NCBI RefSeq assembly: GCF_001457595.1
Contig: NZ_LN831039.1
Span: 6,270,001 to 6,302,000, forward strand
DNA length: 32,000 bases
DNA from: Mycolicibacterium smegmatis
GTDB taxonomy: Bacteria > Actinomycetota > Actinomycetes > Mycobacteriales > Mycobacteriaceae
Reading direction: 5' to 3'
A program made the position numbers and the translations under genes. Under the pieces are notes generated by a model. It searched no databases and was not told where the DNA came from. It worked only from the letters and a program-made list of their open reading frames with translations. Positions 7,205 through 16,523 of this stretch are shown one piece after another. Each line of letters opens with the position of its first letter. The stretch's first letter is position 1.

Positions 7205-7252
7205 ACAACGAATCAGCGGCCGGCACCGAGGTACCGGCCGCTGATTCGTTGT
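7205..7252. terminator. bidirectional terminator hairpin between convergent hemerythrin and Mn-catalase genes
   Basis: Perfect 19-bp stem ACAACGAATCAGCGGCCGG (7205-7223) / CCGGCCGCTGATTCGTTGT (7234-7252), plus 2 more bp after one mismatch and a CGAG tetraloop. It fills almost exactly the gap between TGA 7201-7203 and TAA (complement of 7257-7259). Confidence 0.75.
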
Positions 7253-7256
7253 CGAA

Positions 7257-8150
7257 TTACGTTGTCGCGGTGTGCTGTTCGTGCGTGAACGGCTTCTCGC
7301 CCTTCACCGCGGGTGAACCCTCCGGGTTCTCCTTCGCGCCACGGTTCTTGCGCTTCTCACCACCGAGCCATTGCGATTCGGGCTTCTCCACGTACTCCCA
7401 CTCCATGCCGCCGGGCCACGGACCCTGGCCTTCGTTCCACGGGCCGCGGACGCTGCCGTCTCCGTTGGACATGTTGAACGCGACGTTCTGGAAGCGGTCG
7501 TCGCCGGGCAGTTGCGCCGGCGGGAAGTTCACCGGCAATTCGTTGAGCGCCGCGGTGAACTGCTGGAAGTGCGCAACCTCGCGCGTCATCAGAAACGTCA
7601 GGGTGTCCTGCACGCCCGGGTCGTCGGTGAACTGTTTGAGGTACTCGTAGACCACCTTGGCGCGCGACTCCGCACCCAGATTGCTGCGTAGATCCACCGA
7701 CGGGTCGCCGTTGGCGTTGACGAATGCGCCGCTCCACGGAGTTCCCGCGGAGTCCTTGACGTCGGGACCGCCGCCGGACAGCGTCAAGAACAGCGGCGTG
7801 ACCGCAACACTGTGGATTATCTCGTCCTTGCCGTCGCGGCTGGCGACCGCGGGCATCCAGTCACAGCGCTCGTTGGCGACCTTGAGATCGTCGTTGAGCC
7901 CGTCGAGGAGCATCGTGATCATCGCTCCGACCATCTCCAGGTGCGACAGTTCTTCTGTCGCGATGTCCATGAACAGGTCGTACAACTTCGGGTTCTTCTC
8001 GCGCAGGACGAACGCCTGCGTGAAGTACTGCATGGCGGCCTTCAGCTCGCCATTGGCGCCGCCGAACTGCTCCTGCAGCAGGGCTGCGAAGCGGGGGTCC
8101 GGTTGGGTAACCCGTACCTCGAATTGCAGATCTTTGTTGTGAATGAACAC
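7257..8150 (-). CDS. manganese (non-haem, dimanganese) catalase
   Basis: ORF 7257..8150(-). GTG start with GGAGG 8 nt upstream. ELKAAMQYFTQAF and IATEELSHLEMVGAMI are the di-Mn ligand helices of Mn catalases. Confidence 0.93.
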   Translation of the reverse strand: MFIHNKDLQFEVRVTQPDPRFAALLQEQFGGANGELKAAMQYFTQAFVLREKNPKLYDLFMDIATEELSHLEMVGAMITMLLDGLNDDLKVANERCDWMPAVASRDGKDEIIHSVAVTPLFLTLSGGGPDVKDSAGTPWSGAFVNANGDPSVDLRSNLGAESRAKVVYEYLKQFTDDPGVQDTLTFLMTREVAHFQQFTAALNELPVNFPPAQLPGDDRFQNVAFNMSNGDGSVRGPWNEGQGPWPGGMEWEYVEKPESQWLGGEKRKNRGAKENPEGSPAVKGEKPFTHEQHTATT

Positions 8151-8192
8151 TGCGGGTACCTCCAGGGCTGTTGATTGCAGATTGGTGGCGGA

Positions 8193-8216
8193 TACCCAGC
8201 GCCGAGAACCCCAAAC
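8193..8216 (-). promoter_or_regulatory. SigF-type promoter GTTT-N15-GGGTAT upstream of the Mn-catalase gene
   Basis: The minus strand reads GTTTggggttctcggcgctGGGTAT (complement of AAAC 8213-8216 ... ATACCC 8192-8197). The -10 ends ~42 nt upstream of GTG 8150. The architecture matches the hemerythrin site. Confidence 0.6.
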
Positions 8217-8225
8217 AGCGGTCCG

Positions 8226-8690
8226 TCAGAGACGTTCGCGCACTGCCTGCGAAAGCCGCGCACCGTCGGCCTTGCCTGCGGCGATCGCGGTCGCGGCCTT
8301 CATCACCTGCCCCATCTGACGCATGCTCGGCCGCTCTCCGATCTGCTCGGCCACCTGCGCGATGGCGGTGTCGGCGACGTCGGCGAGTTCGGCCTCGGTC
8401 AGCGGGGTGGGCAGGTACTCGTCGATCACGCGTGCCTCGGCGTGCTCGGTGGCCGCGAGATCCCCTCGGCCGTTCTGGGTGTAGATCTCGGCGGCTTCAC
8501 CGCGCCTGCGGGATTCCCTTGCCAGCACCGCGATCACGTCCTCGTCGGAGAGTTCGCGGGCCTGTTTGCCGGAGACCTCTTCTTTCTGGATGGCCGCGAG
8601 CAGCATCCGCAGCGTGGCCGTGCGCAGCTTGTCCTGAGATTTCATCGCTGCGGTCAGATCGGCGCGCAGCCTGTCCTTGAGTTCGGCCAT
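8226..8690 (-). CDS. GatB/YqeY domain-containing protein
   Basis: ORF 8226..8732(-), using ATG 8690 (MAELKDRLRADLTAAMKS...). The typical YqeY pattern is present: LRxDLxxAMKxxD, TLRMLLAAI, EI and SMRQMGQVMK. Confidence 0.85.
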   Translation of the reverse strand: MAELKDRLRADLTAAMKSQDKLRTATLRMLLAAIQKEEVSGKQARELSDEDVIAVLARESRRRGEAAEIYTQNGRGDLAATEHAEARVIDEYLPTPLTEAELADVADTAIAQVAEQIGERPSMRQMGQVMKAATAIAAGKADGARLSQAVRERL

Positions 8691-8700
8691 ACGGCCAAAG

Positions 8701-9426
8701 CTACGCCGGGCCCCCGGCGTGAAAGCGTGCATCGACCGATACCGAGATCTTGATGTCCTCGGGTGCGAGTTCCACCTCGGGCGCGCCGCCCGACTTCATG
8801 GCCCGCATCGCGGCGGGTGCGGCGAACGGCCCCTGCGGTTCGCGGCCCAGCATGCCCGCGTCGGCGACCGTCACTGGCCGCACGGCGCCGAGACCCAGCG
8901 CGTCGGCGTAGCGCTGCGCGCGGGTGACGGCGTCACGTACGGCAGCGGTGTGGACGTCGGTGATCAGTTCATCGCGGCGCTTGTCGGTCAGTGCCCATTC
9001 GATGCGCTCGAGCGAGAAGCCACCGGTCTCGGAGATGTGCCTGCCCACCCAGCGGGACAGTTCGGTGAAATCACTGAACTTCACCTGGATGCCGATGCTC
9101 GCGTGGTGCACCAGCGGCAACTGCTTGCCCTCGTTGTTCCACGGGCGGTTGGCCCACGTCCGCATCTGCTGCGTGGACCACCAGGTGACCGGCCCGGAGT
9201 CGGGCCGGTGCAGCGGCTCGAGCGACGCCTTGACGGCGTCGAGATCGCGGACCGTCCGCTCGTAGACCGGCTCGATCGCGGCGCCCTCGTAGGCCACGGT
9301 GGCGTGCACGATTCCCCGCTGCGGTGGCTCGTACACCGTGAAAGACCCGCGCACGATGATCTCGGTGGGCCCGGCTGTCGGCGGCACGCGGGGCACGCTG
9401 GACACGTTGTCAATTCCACCGGTCAT
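8701..9426 (-). CDS. SIMPL (DUF541) domain-containing protein
   Basis: ORF 8701..9444(-). The pattern (RGSFTV... DAVKASL... LTDKRRDELITDVHTAAVRDAVTRAQRYADALG... I..SV.V) fits SIMPL/DUF541. I prefer ATG 9426 because TACCAT lies 7 nt upstream. The alternative start 9444 would overlap the divergent gene. Confidence 0.75.
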   Translation of the reverse strand: MTGGIDNVSSVPRVPPTAGPTEIIVRGSFTVYEPPQRGIVHATVAYEGAAIEPVYERTVRDLDAVKASLEPLHRPDSGPVTWWSTQQMRTWANRPWNNEGKQLPLVHHASIGIQVKFSDFTELSRWVGRHISETGGFSLERIEWALTDKRRDELITDVHTAAVRDAVTRAQRYADALGLGAVRPVTVADAGMLGREPQGPFAAPAAMRAMKSGGAPEVELAPEDIKISVSVDARFHAGGPA

Positions 9427-9442
9427 GGACAGGATGGTAGCC

Positions 9443-10522
9443 ATGAGCTTGCGCCCAGGGCCTGACGGCGGGTTCGCCCCGTATCCCCCACCGCAGGCGT
9501 ATCCGGTTCATCCGGGCTACGCATCGGCGCCCGGGTTCGGAGCTCCGGTGCCCGGCATCGTCGCGCTGCGGCCGTTGAGCCTGTCGGACATCTTCAACGG
9601 TGCGGTGGCCTACATCCGCAGGAACCCCAAGGCCACCCTCGGCCTCACGACCATCGTCGTGGTCCTCGCGCAACTCGTCACGCTGCTGCTGCAGGTCGGT
9701 CCACTGGCCGCGATGGGCGGGCTCGGAAGTGAGGTGCAGGGCGAGGCGCCGTCGACGGGAGCGGTCGCGATGTTCTCCGGCGCGACGCTGGCCGGTGTGC
9801 TCGTCACACAACTCGCGTCGGTGTTGCTCACCGGCATGCTCACGGTCATCATCGGACGGTCGATCTTCGGCGGGACCGTCACGATCGGCCAGGCCTGGGA
9901 GCGGCTGCGCGGGCGGCTTCTCGCGCTGATCGGGCTGACACTGCTCGAAGCCGTGGTGCTGCTCGCCGTGGTGCTCGTGGTCATCGGCCTGATCGCGGCG
10001 GCCGGCGCCGTGGGCGGTGCCGTCGCGGCGTTCGTGATGGGTGTTCCCCTGGTGCTGGCGGCGGTGCTCGGCGCGCTGTTCGGCCTCACGGTGCTGTTGT
10101 TCGCACCGGTGCTGATCGTGCTCGAGCGCCTGGACGTATTCGCCGCGATCGCACGGTCTTTCGCACTCGTGAAGACCGGGTTCTGGCGGGTTCTTGGGAT
10201 CTGGCTGCTGGCGAGCCTGGTGGCGTCGGTGATCGCGAGTGCGGTAGGCGCACCGTTCAGCATCGTCGGGCAGCTGCTGACGATGTCCCCCGACGGCGTC
10301 GGCATGTCGATCGTGGGGCTGGTGCTGGTCGCCGTCGGCGGCACGATCGGCCAGATCGTCACCGCACCGTTCGCCGCGGGTGTCGACGTGCTGCTCTACA
10401 CCGACCGCCGAATCCGGGCCGAGGCGTTCGACCTGGTGCTGCGAACCGGCGCCTACACCCCCGCGCCCCCGGCGGCCCCGGCGGAATCGACCGATCAACT
10501 GTGGCTGGTCCGGCACTTCTGA
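9443..10522 (+). CDS. polytopic membrane protein with Pro/Tyr-rich N-terminal tail (Rv3689-like; DUF975 / GDPD-membrane-domain-like)
   Basis: Part of ORF 9299..10522, with candidate ATGs at 9425, 9434 and 9443. The N-terminal PYPPPQAYPVHPGYASAPGFGAP is followed by about 6-7 long hydrophobic helices. Confidence 0.75.
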   Translation: MSLRPGPDGGFAPYPPPQAYPVHPGYASAPGFGAPVPGIVALRPLSLSDIFNGAVAYIRRNPKATLGLTTIVVVLAQLVTLLLQVGPLAAMGGLGSEVQGEAPSTGAVAMFSGATLAGVLVTQLASVLLTGMLTVIIGRSIFGGTVTIGQAWERLRGRLLALIGLTLLEAVVLLAVVLVVIGLIAAAGAVGGAVAAFVMGVPLVLAAVLGALFGLTVLLFAPVLIVLERLDVFAAIARSFALVKTGFWRVLGIWLLASLVASVIASAVGAPFSIVGQLLTMSPDGVGMSIVGLVLVAVGGTIGQIVTAPFAAGVDVLLYTDRRIRAEAFDLVLRTGAYTPAPPAAPAESTDQLWLVRHF

Positions 10523-10523
10523 G

Positions 10524-11174
10524 GTGACGACAATCGACATCGACAGAGACGCCGCACACGACGCTGCGCAGAACGAGCTCAACAAACCGATCTACCCCAG
10601 ATCGTCTCTCACCCAACAGTTCCTCGACTGGATCGACGAGCTGTTGTACCGGCTGGCGTACGAGGGGTCGACGGTTCCGGGTGGGTGGTTCACCATCAGC
10701 GTGCTCGCGATCCTGGTCGTGGTGGCCGTGCTCGTGGCAGTGCGCATGGCCCGGCGCGCCATGCGCACCAACCGCGACGCGCACACGCTGTTCGGCCGCA
10801 CCGAGCTCAGTGCCGCCGAACACCGCCAGACCGCCGACGGGTATGCCGCGCAAGAAAACTGGGCCGCAGCCATCCGGCACCGGCTGCGAGCGGTGGCCCG
10901 GCACCTGGAGGAGACCGGCACACTGAACCCCGTCCCGGGCCGCACGGCCACCGAACTCGCGCGTGACGCGGGCGCCGCGCTTCCCGCCCTTGCCGGTGAA
11001 CTCGCCGCGGCGGCAACGACCTTCAACGATGTCACCTACGGCGAACAACCGGGCACCGAAGACGACTACCGGCGGATCGCCGACCTCGACGGCCGGCTGC
11101 TGCACGCGGGTCACCGTGCGGCCGGATCGATGCCGTCGATTCCCGCCGACAGCGGATGGACGCAGGTCCGATGA
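10524..11174 (+). CDS. DUF4129 domain-containing membrane-anchored protein
   Basis: In-frame GTG 10524 of ORF 10380..11174, 1 nt after the upstream TGA. One TM helix (GWFTISVLAILVVVAVLVAV) is followed by WAAAIRHRLRAVARHLEETG...GRTATELA, typical of DUF4129. Confidence 0.75.
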   Translation: MTTIDIDRDAAHDAAQNELNKPIYPRSSLTQQFLDWIDELLYRLAYEGSTVPGGWFTISVLAILVVVAVLVAVRMARRAMRTNRDAHTLFGRTELSAAEHRQTADGYAAQENWAAAIRHRLRAVARHLEETGTLNPVPGRTATELARDAGAALPALAGELAAAATTFNDVTYGEQPGTEDDYRRIADLDGRLLHAGHRAAGSMPSIPADSGWTQVR

Positions 11175-12273
11175 AGATTCGCAACCTGCGCTGGATCGTG
11201 CCCACCGCTGTGGTCATCGTCGTGCTCGCGGTGCTGACCGTGTACCTGACCGCACCCCGGCCCGGTGGCCGCATGGATCCGGACTCGACGTCCCCTGAGG
11301 GCGCCCGCGCGCTCGTGACACTGTTGCGCGACCACGGCGTCGACGTGATCACCGCGACCGGCATCGACGACGTCGAACGCGATGCACGCCCGGGCACACT
11401 GCTGGTGGCGGCCCAGACGCTGTTCCTGTCCGGGGACGACCAACTGGAGCGGCTGTCGCAGGTTCCCGGGGATCTGCTACTGGTCGAACCGACCACCAAG
11501 ACCCGCGAGAAGCTCGCGCCCGCAATACGTCCCGACGACGCCGCGGCGTTCGGCGGCGGTGAACCGGACTGCGACCTGCCCGAGGCCCGCCGCGCCGGCG
11601 AGACACAACTGGGGCTCAGCAACACCTTCAAGGCGGCAGGCGACATCCCGGTGCAGCGATGCTACGACGGCGCGGTGGTGCGCTACCGCGACGGCAAACG
11701 CACCGTCACCGTGGTCGGCACCGCCGAGTTCATGTCGAACTCCGGTCTGCTCAAAGAGGGAAACGCCGCGCTGGCGATGAACCTCGCGGGCGACCGGGAC
11801 CGCGTGATCTGGTATGCGCCGCAGAAGTTCGAGGGCACCTCGACCGGTGACCGCAAGCTCTCGGATTTGATGCCCGACCAGGTCCGCTGGATCGTCCTGC
11901 AACTGTGCGTCGTGGTCGCGCTGCTCGCGCTGTGGCAGGCCCGCCGCCTCGGTCCCCTGGTCGCCGAATCACTGCCCGTCGTGGTGCGTGCATCCGAGAC
12001 CGTCGAGGGCCGCGGCAAGCTGTACCGCTCGCACCGCGCGCGTGACCGCGCGGCCGACGCGTTGCGCACCGCCACCCTGCAACGTCTGCTGCCCCGCCTC
12101 GGTCTCACCGCCCAGGCGGATCAGGCCGCTGTGGCGGCCGCGGTCGCCGTACGCTGCGGGCAGGATTCCCAGACCGTGGGATACACCCTGTTCGGCCCAC
12201 CGCCGGGCACCGACGACGAACTTGTCCACCTCGCCCATCGACTCGACGACATCGAAAGGCAGGTCGCGCACTC

Positions 12274-12277
<4 letters not shown>
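11171..12277 (+). CDS. DUF4350 domain-containing protein (N- and C-terminal TM helices)
   Basis: ORF 11156..12277. ATG 11171 overlaps the upstream stop (ATGA). The GARALVTLLRDHGVDV pattern fits DUF4350, with a second TM helix VRWIVLQLCVVVALLALW. Confidence 0.75.
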
Positions 12278-13244
<967 letters not shown>

Positions 13245-13245
<1 letters not shown>

Positions 13246-14567
13246 TGGTGCTCACCGGCCGCACCGGCCTGGTCGCGTTGGTGTGTGTCCTGCCCATTGC
13301 AGTGTCACCTTGGCCGGCAACAGCGTTCGGTGCGCTGCTGGTCCTGCTGCTGGCGGCGGTCGGCGCCGACGTCGCACTCGCGGGCAGTCCGCGCCGGCTG
13401 CACGTGCAGCGCGGCGGCGACCACACGGCCCGGTTGGGCCAGACCGTCGACACCGTCGTCGAGATCCACAACCCCGGACGGCGCCCGGTCCGCGGCCAGG
13501 TTCGGGACGCGTGGCCGCCCAGTGCGTGCGCGCAGCCCCGCGTGCACCCGCTGGATGCCGCTGCCGCCGAACAGGTTCGGCTGGTCACCCGGTTGCAGCC
13601 CGTGCGCCGCGGTGATCAACGCTCCGAGACCGTCACGGTCCGGTCGATCGGCCCGCTGGGGCTGGCCGGCAGGCAGGCCGTGCACCGTGTACCGCACCAG
13701 GTGCGGATCTTGCCGCCGTTTCTGTCCCGCAAGCATTTACCGTCACGTCTGGCACGGCTGCGTGAACTCGACGGTGCCATCCCGGTTCTCATCCGTGGAC
13801 AGGGCACGGAGTTCGACTCGCTGCGCGAATACGTCGTCGGCGACGACGTGCGGTCCATCGACTGGCGCGCGACGGCCCGGCGCGCCGACGTCGTCGTGCG
13901 CACGTGGCGCCCCGAACGCGACCGGCGCGTGGTGATCGTCCTCGACACCGGGCGCACGTCGGCGGGCCGTGTCGGTGTGGACCCCACCGCGAGCGATCCG
14001 GGCGGGTGGCCGCGACTCGACTGGTCGATGGACGCCGCGCTGTTGCTCGCCGCGCTCGCCTCCCGTGCCGGTGACCACGTCGATTTCCTGGCGTTCGACC
14101 GTGTCACCCGCGCCGGGGTGTTCAACGCGTCGCGCACCGAGTTGATGTCCGCGCTCGTCGGCGCGATGGCCCCGCTGCAACCCGCGCTGGTGGAATCGGA
14201 TGCCACTGCACTGGTTTCGACGATCACGCGCCGCGTGCGCGGACGCTCGCTCGTGGTACTGCTGACCGATCTCAACGCGTCCGCGCTCGACGAGGGGCTC
14301 ATGGCGGTGCTGCCGCAGTTGTCGGCGCGTCACCAGATCCTTCTCGCCGCGGTGTCCGATCCGCGTGTCGACGATCTCGCCGCGGGCCGCTCCGATGCGG
14401 CGGCCGTGTACGACGCCGCGGCCGCCGAGCGTTCCCGCAACGACCGTCGCGCGATCGCGGCGCGGTTACGCCGCCGCGGTGTCGACGTGGTCGATGCCCC
14501 GCCGGAAGATCTGGCGCCCGCCCTGGCCGATCACTACCTGGCGCTCAAGGCCACCGGAAAGCTCTGA
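13245..14567 (+). CDS. DUF58 domain-containing protein (vWA-like MoxR partner) with N-terminal TM hairpin
   Basis: C-terminal 440 codons of ORF 12402..14567. ATG 13245 overlaps the moxR stop (TGATG). Motifs EFDSLREYVVGDDVRSIDWRATAR and VVIVLDTGR are DUF58 hallmarks. Confidence 0.88.
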
Positions 14568-14571
14568 GCCG

Positions 14572-15564
14572 TCACGCCGTCGGCGCGTAGTCGGGCGCGT
14601 CCTCGATGTCGCCGCTCTCGCCCGCGCGTACGGCCTTGCGGCCGAAGTGGACCACGTATGCCAGGAACGCAACCTCGACGGCGACGCCGATCCCGATGCG
14701 CATGAACGTCGGCAGCGGTGACGGGGTGACGAGCGCCTCGACCAGACCGGAGACCAGCAGGACCACCACCAGACCGATGGCCACCGGCACCACGGCGCGG
14801 CCCTGTTCGGCGAGCGCCTGTGTGCGCGGCCGGTCCCCCGGCGCGATCACCGTCCAGCCCAGGCGCATTCCCACGGCACCGGCCAAAAACACCGCGGTGA
14901 GTTCCAGCAGACCGTGCGGGGTGATCAGACCCATGAACACATCGCCGGCACCGGCGTCGAACATCAGGCCCGCGATCAACCCGAGGTTCGCGGCGTTCTG
15001 GAACAGGATGTAGGGAATCGGCAGGCCGAGCAGGATCGCGAACCCGATGCACTGCGCGGCGACCCACGCGTTGTTGACCCACACCCGCAGCGCGAACGAT
15101 CCGGCCGGGTTCTCGCTGTAGTACGACGCGAAATCGTGGTTGACCAATTCCTCGATCTCGCTGGGGGTTCCGATGGCCGAGTGCACCTCGGGGTTGCCCG
15201 CCACCCACATCGCCAGCGCGATCGTCACGATGAAGAACCCGATGGCCGTGCCCAGCCACCACCGCCAGGACCGGTACGCCACCACCGGGAACGAGACCGT
15301 CCAGAACCGGAGGAACTCGCGCCACAGCGGCGCGTGGGCACCGGTGACCGCGGCGCGCGCCCGGGCCACCAGACCTGACAACCGACCGACGAGCACGGCG
15401 TCGGCCGACGCCGAGCGCACCATCGACAGGTGCGTCGACACCCGCTGATACAGGTCGACGAGTTCGTCCACCTCGGCGCCGGTGAGCCGGCGCCGGCGTT
15501 TCACCAGCTGTTCCAGGCGGTCCCAGGTGGCACGATGGGCCAGCACGAACGCATCGACATCCAC
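14572..15564 (-). CDS. SpoIIM-like (stage II sporulation protein M family) integral membrane protein
   Basis: ORF 14572..15564(-) with a GTG start. The N-terminal soluble helices (ATWDRLEQLV...VDELVDLYQR) followed by about 5-6 TM helices with PHGLLELTAVFLAG are typical of the family (Rv3694c-like). Confidence 0.8.
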   Translation of the reverse strand: MDVDAFVLAHRATWDRLEQLVKRRRRLTGAEVDELVDLYQRVSTHLSMVRSASADAVLVGRLSGLVARARAAVTGAHAPLWREFLRFWTVSFPVVAYRSWRWWLGTAIGFFIVTIALAMWVAGNPEVHSAIGTPSEIEELVNHDFASYYSENPAGSFALRVWVNNAWVAAQCIGFAILLGLPIPYILFQNAANLGLIAGLMFDAGAGDVFMGLITPHGLLELTAVFLAGAVGMRLGWTVIAPGDRPRTQALAEQGRAVVPVAIGLVVVLLVSGLVEALVTPSPLPTFMRIGIGVAVEVAFLAYVVHFGRKAVRAGESGDIEDAPDYAPTA

Positions 15565-15597
15565 TCGGCCGAGCTTAATCGCCTAACGTGGGGCGTT

Positions 15598-16521
15598 ATG
15601 GTCTCCCAGCCCGAGCCGGTGGTGACCGGGGACGCCGTGGTCCTGGACGTGTCGATCGCGCAGCTACCCGTTCGTGTACTGGCGATCCTCATCGACATCT
15701 TCGCGATCTTCATCTTCTACGTGGTCGGTGTGCTGCTGTGGTCGATCACGCTGACCCAGTTGGACGAGGCGTTGTCCGCGGCGATCCTGATCATCTTCAC
15801 GGTGCTGGCCATCGTCGGCTATCCGGTGATCATGGAGACCGCCACGCGCGGCCGGTCCCTGGGCAAGATGGCGCTGGGGTTGCGGGTGGTGTCCGAGGAC
15901 GGCAGCCCGGAACGCTTCCGTCAGGCGCTGTTTCGCGGTATCTCGGGCTTCATCGAGATCTGGATGCTGACCGGTGGCCCCGCGGTGATCTGCAGTCTGC
16001 TGTCGTCGAAAGGCAAACGTATCGGCGACATCTTCGCCGGGACGGTCGTGATCAGCGAGCGTGGGCCACGCATGCAACCGCCGCCGGCCATGCCGCCCGC
16101 CCTGGCGTGGTGGGCGTCGTCGTTGCAGTTGTCCGGGCTGGGACCCGAGCAAGCCGAACTCGCGCGGCAGTACCTGAACCGTGCGCAGCATCTCGACCCC
16201 CGCATCCGCGACATGATGGGCCAGCGCATCCTCGGCGAGGTGGCGTCGCGGATCTCCCCACCGCCCCCGCCGGGCGCGCCGCCGCAGTACGTGCTGGCGG
16301 CCGTGCTCGCCGAGCGGCACCGCCGCGAACTGGCGCGGCTGATGCCGACGCCGCCTCCTCCGCCATCTCCGCCGACGACGCCGCCGTGGAGCCCGCCGGG
16401 ATATCCCGCGGCCGGCTACCCGCCGCAACCGCCGGTGCCCGCCTATTCACCGCCTCCGGCGGTGCCGGCTCATTCACCGCCTCAGCAACCCTCCGCTGGG
16501 GGTTTCGCCCCGCCCGGGTGA
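15598..16521 (+). CDS. RDD family membrane protein with Pro-rich C-terminal tail
   Basis: C-terminal 307 codons of ORF 15430..16521, starting at ATG 15598. RGRSLGKMALGLRVV and GKRIGDIFAGTVV form the RDD core. The C-terminal ~90 aa are Pro/Tyr-rich low complexity. Confidence 0.85.
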   Translation: MVSQPEPVVTGDAVVLDVSIAQLPVRVLAILIDIFAIFIFYVVGVLLWSITLTQLDEALSAAILIIFTVLAIVGYPVIMETATRGRSLGKMALGLRVVSEDGSPERFRQALFRGISGFIEIWMLTGGPAVICSLLSSKGKRIGDIFAGTVVISERGPRMQPPPAMPPALAWWASSLQLSGLGPEQAELARQYLNRAQHLDPRIRDMMGQRILGEVASRISPPPPPGAPPQYVLAAVLAERHRRELARLMPTPPPPPSPPTTPPWSPPGYPAAGYPPQPPVPAYSPPPAVPAHSPPQQPSAGGFAPPG

Positions 16522-16523
16522 GT

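Noticed and set aside
9410-10585. 391-aa ORF on the minus strand
   Set aside because: It lies exactly antisense to the polytopic membrane-protein gene. The translation is Arg/His/Asp/Glu/Gln-rich with no hydrophobic core or recognisable motif. This is the typical mirror ORF of high-GC DNA, where stop codons are rare in the antisense frame.
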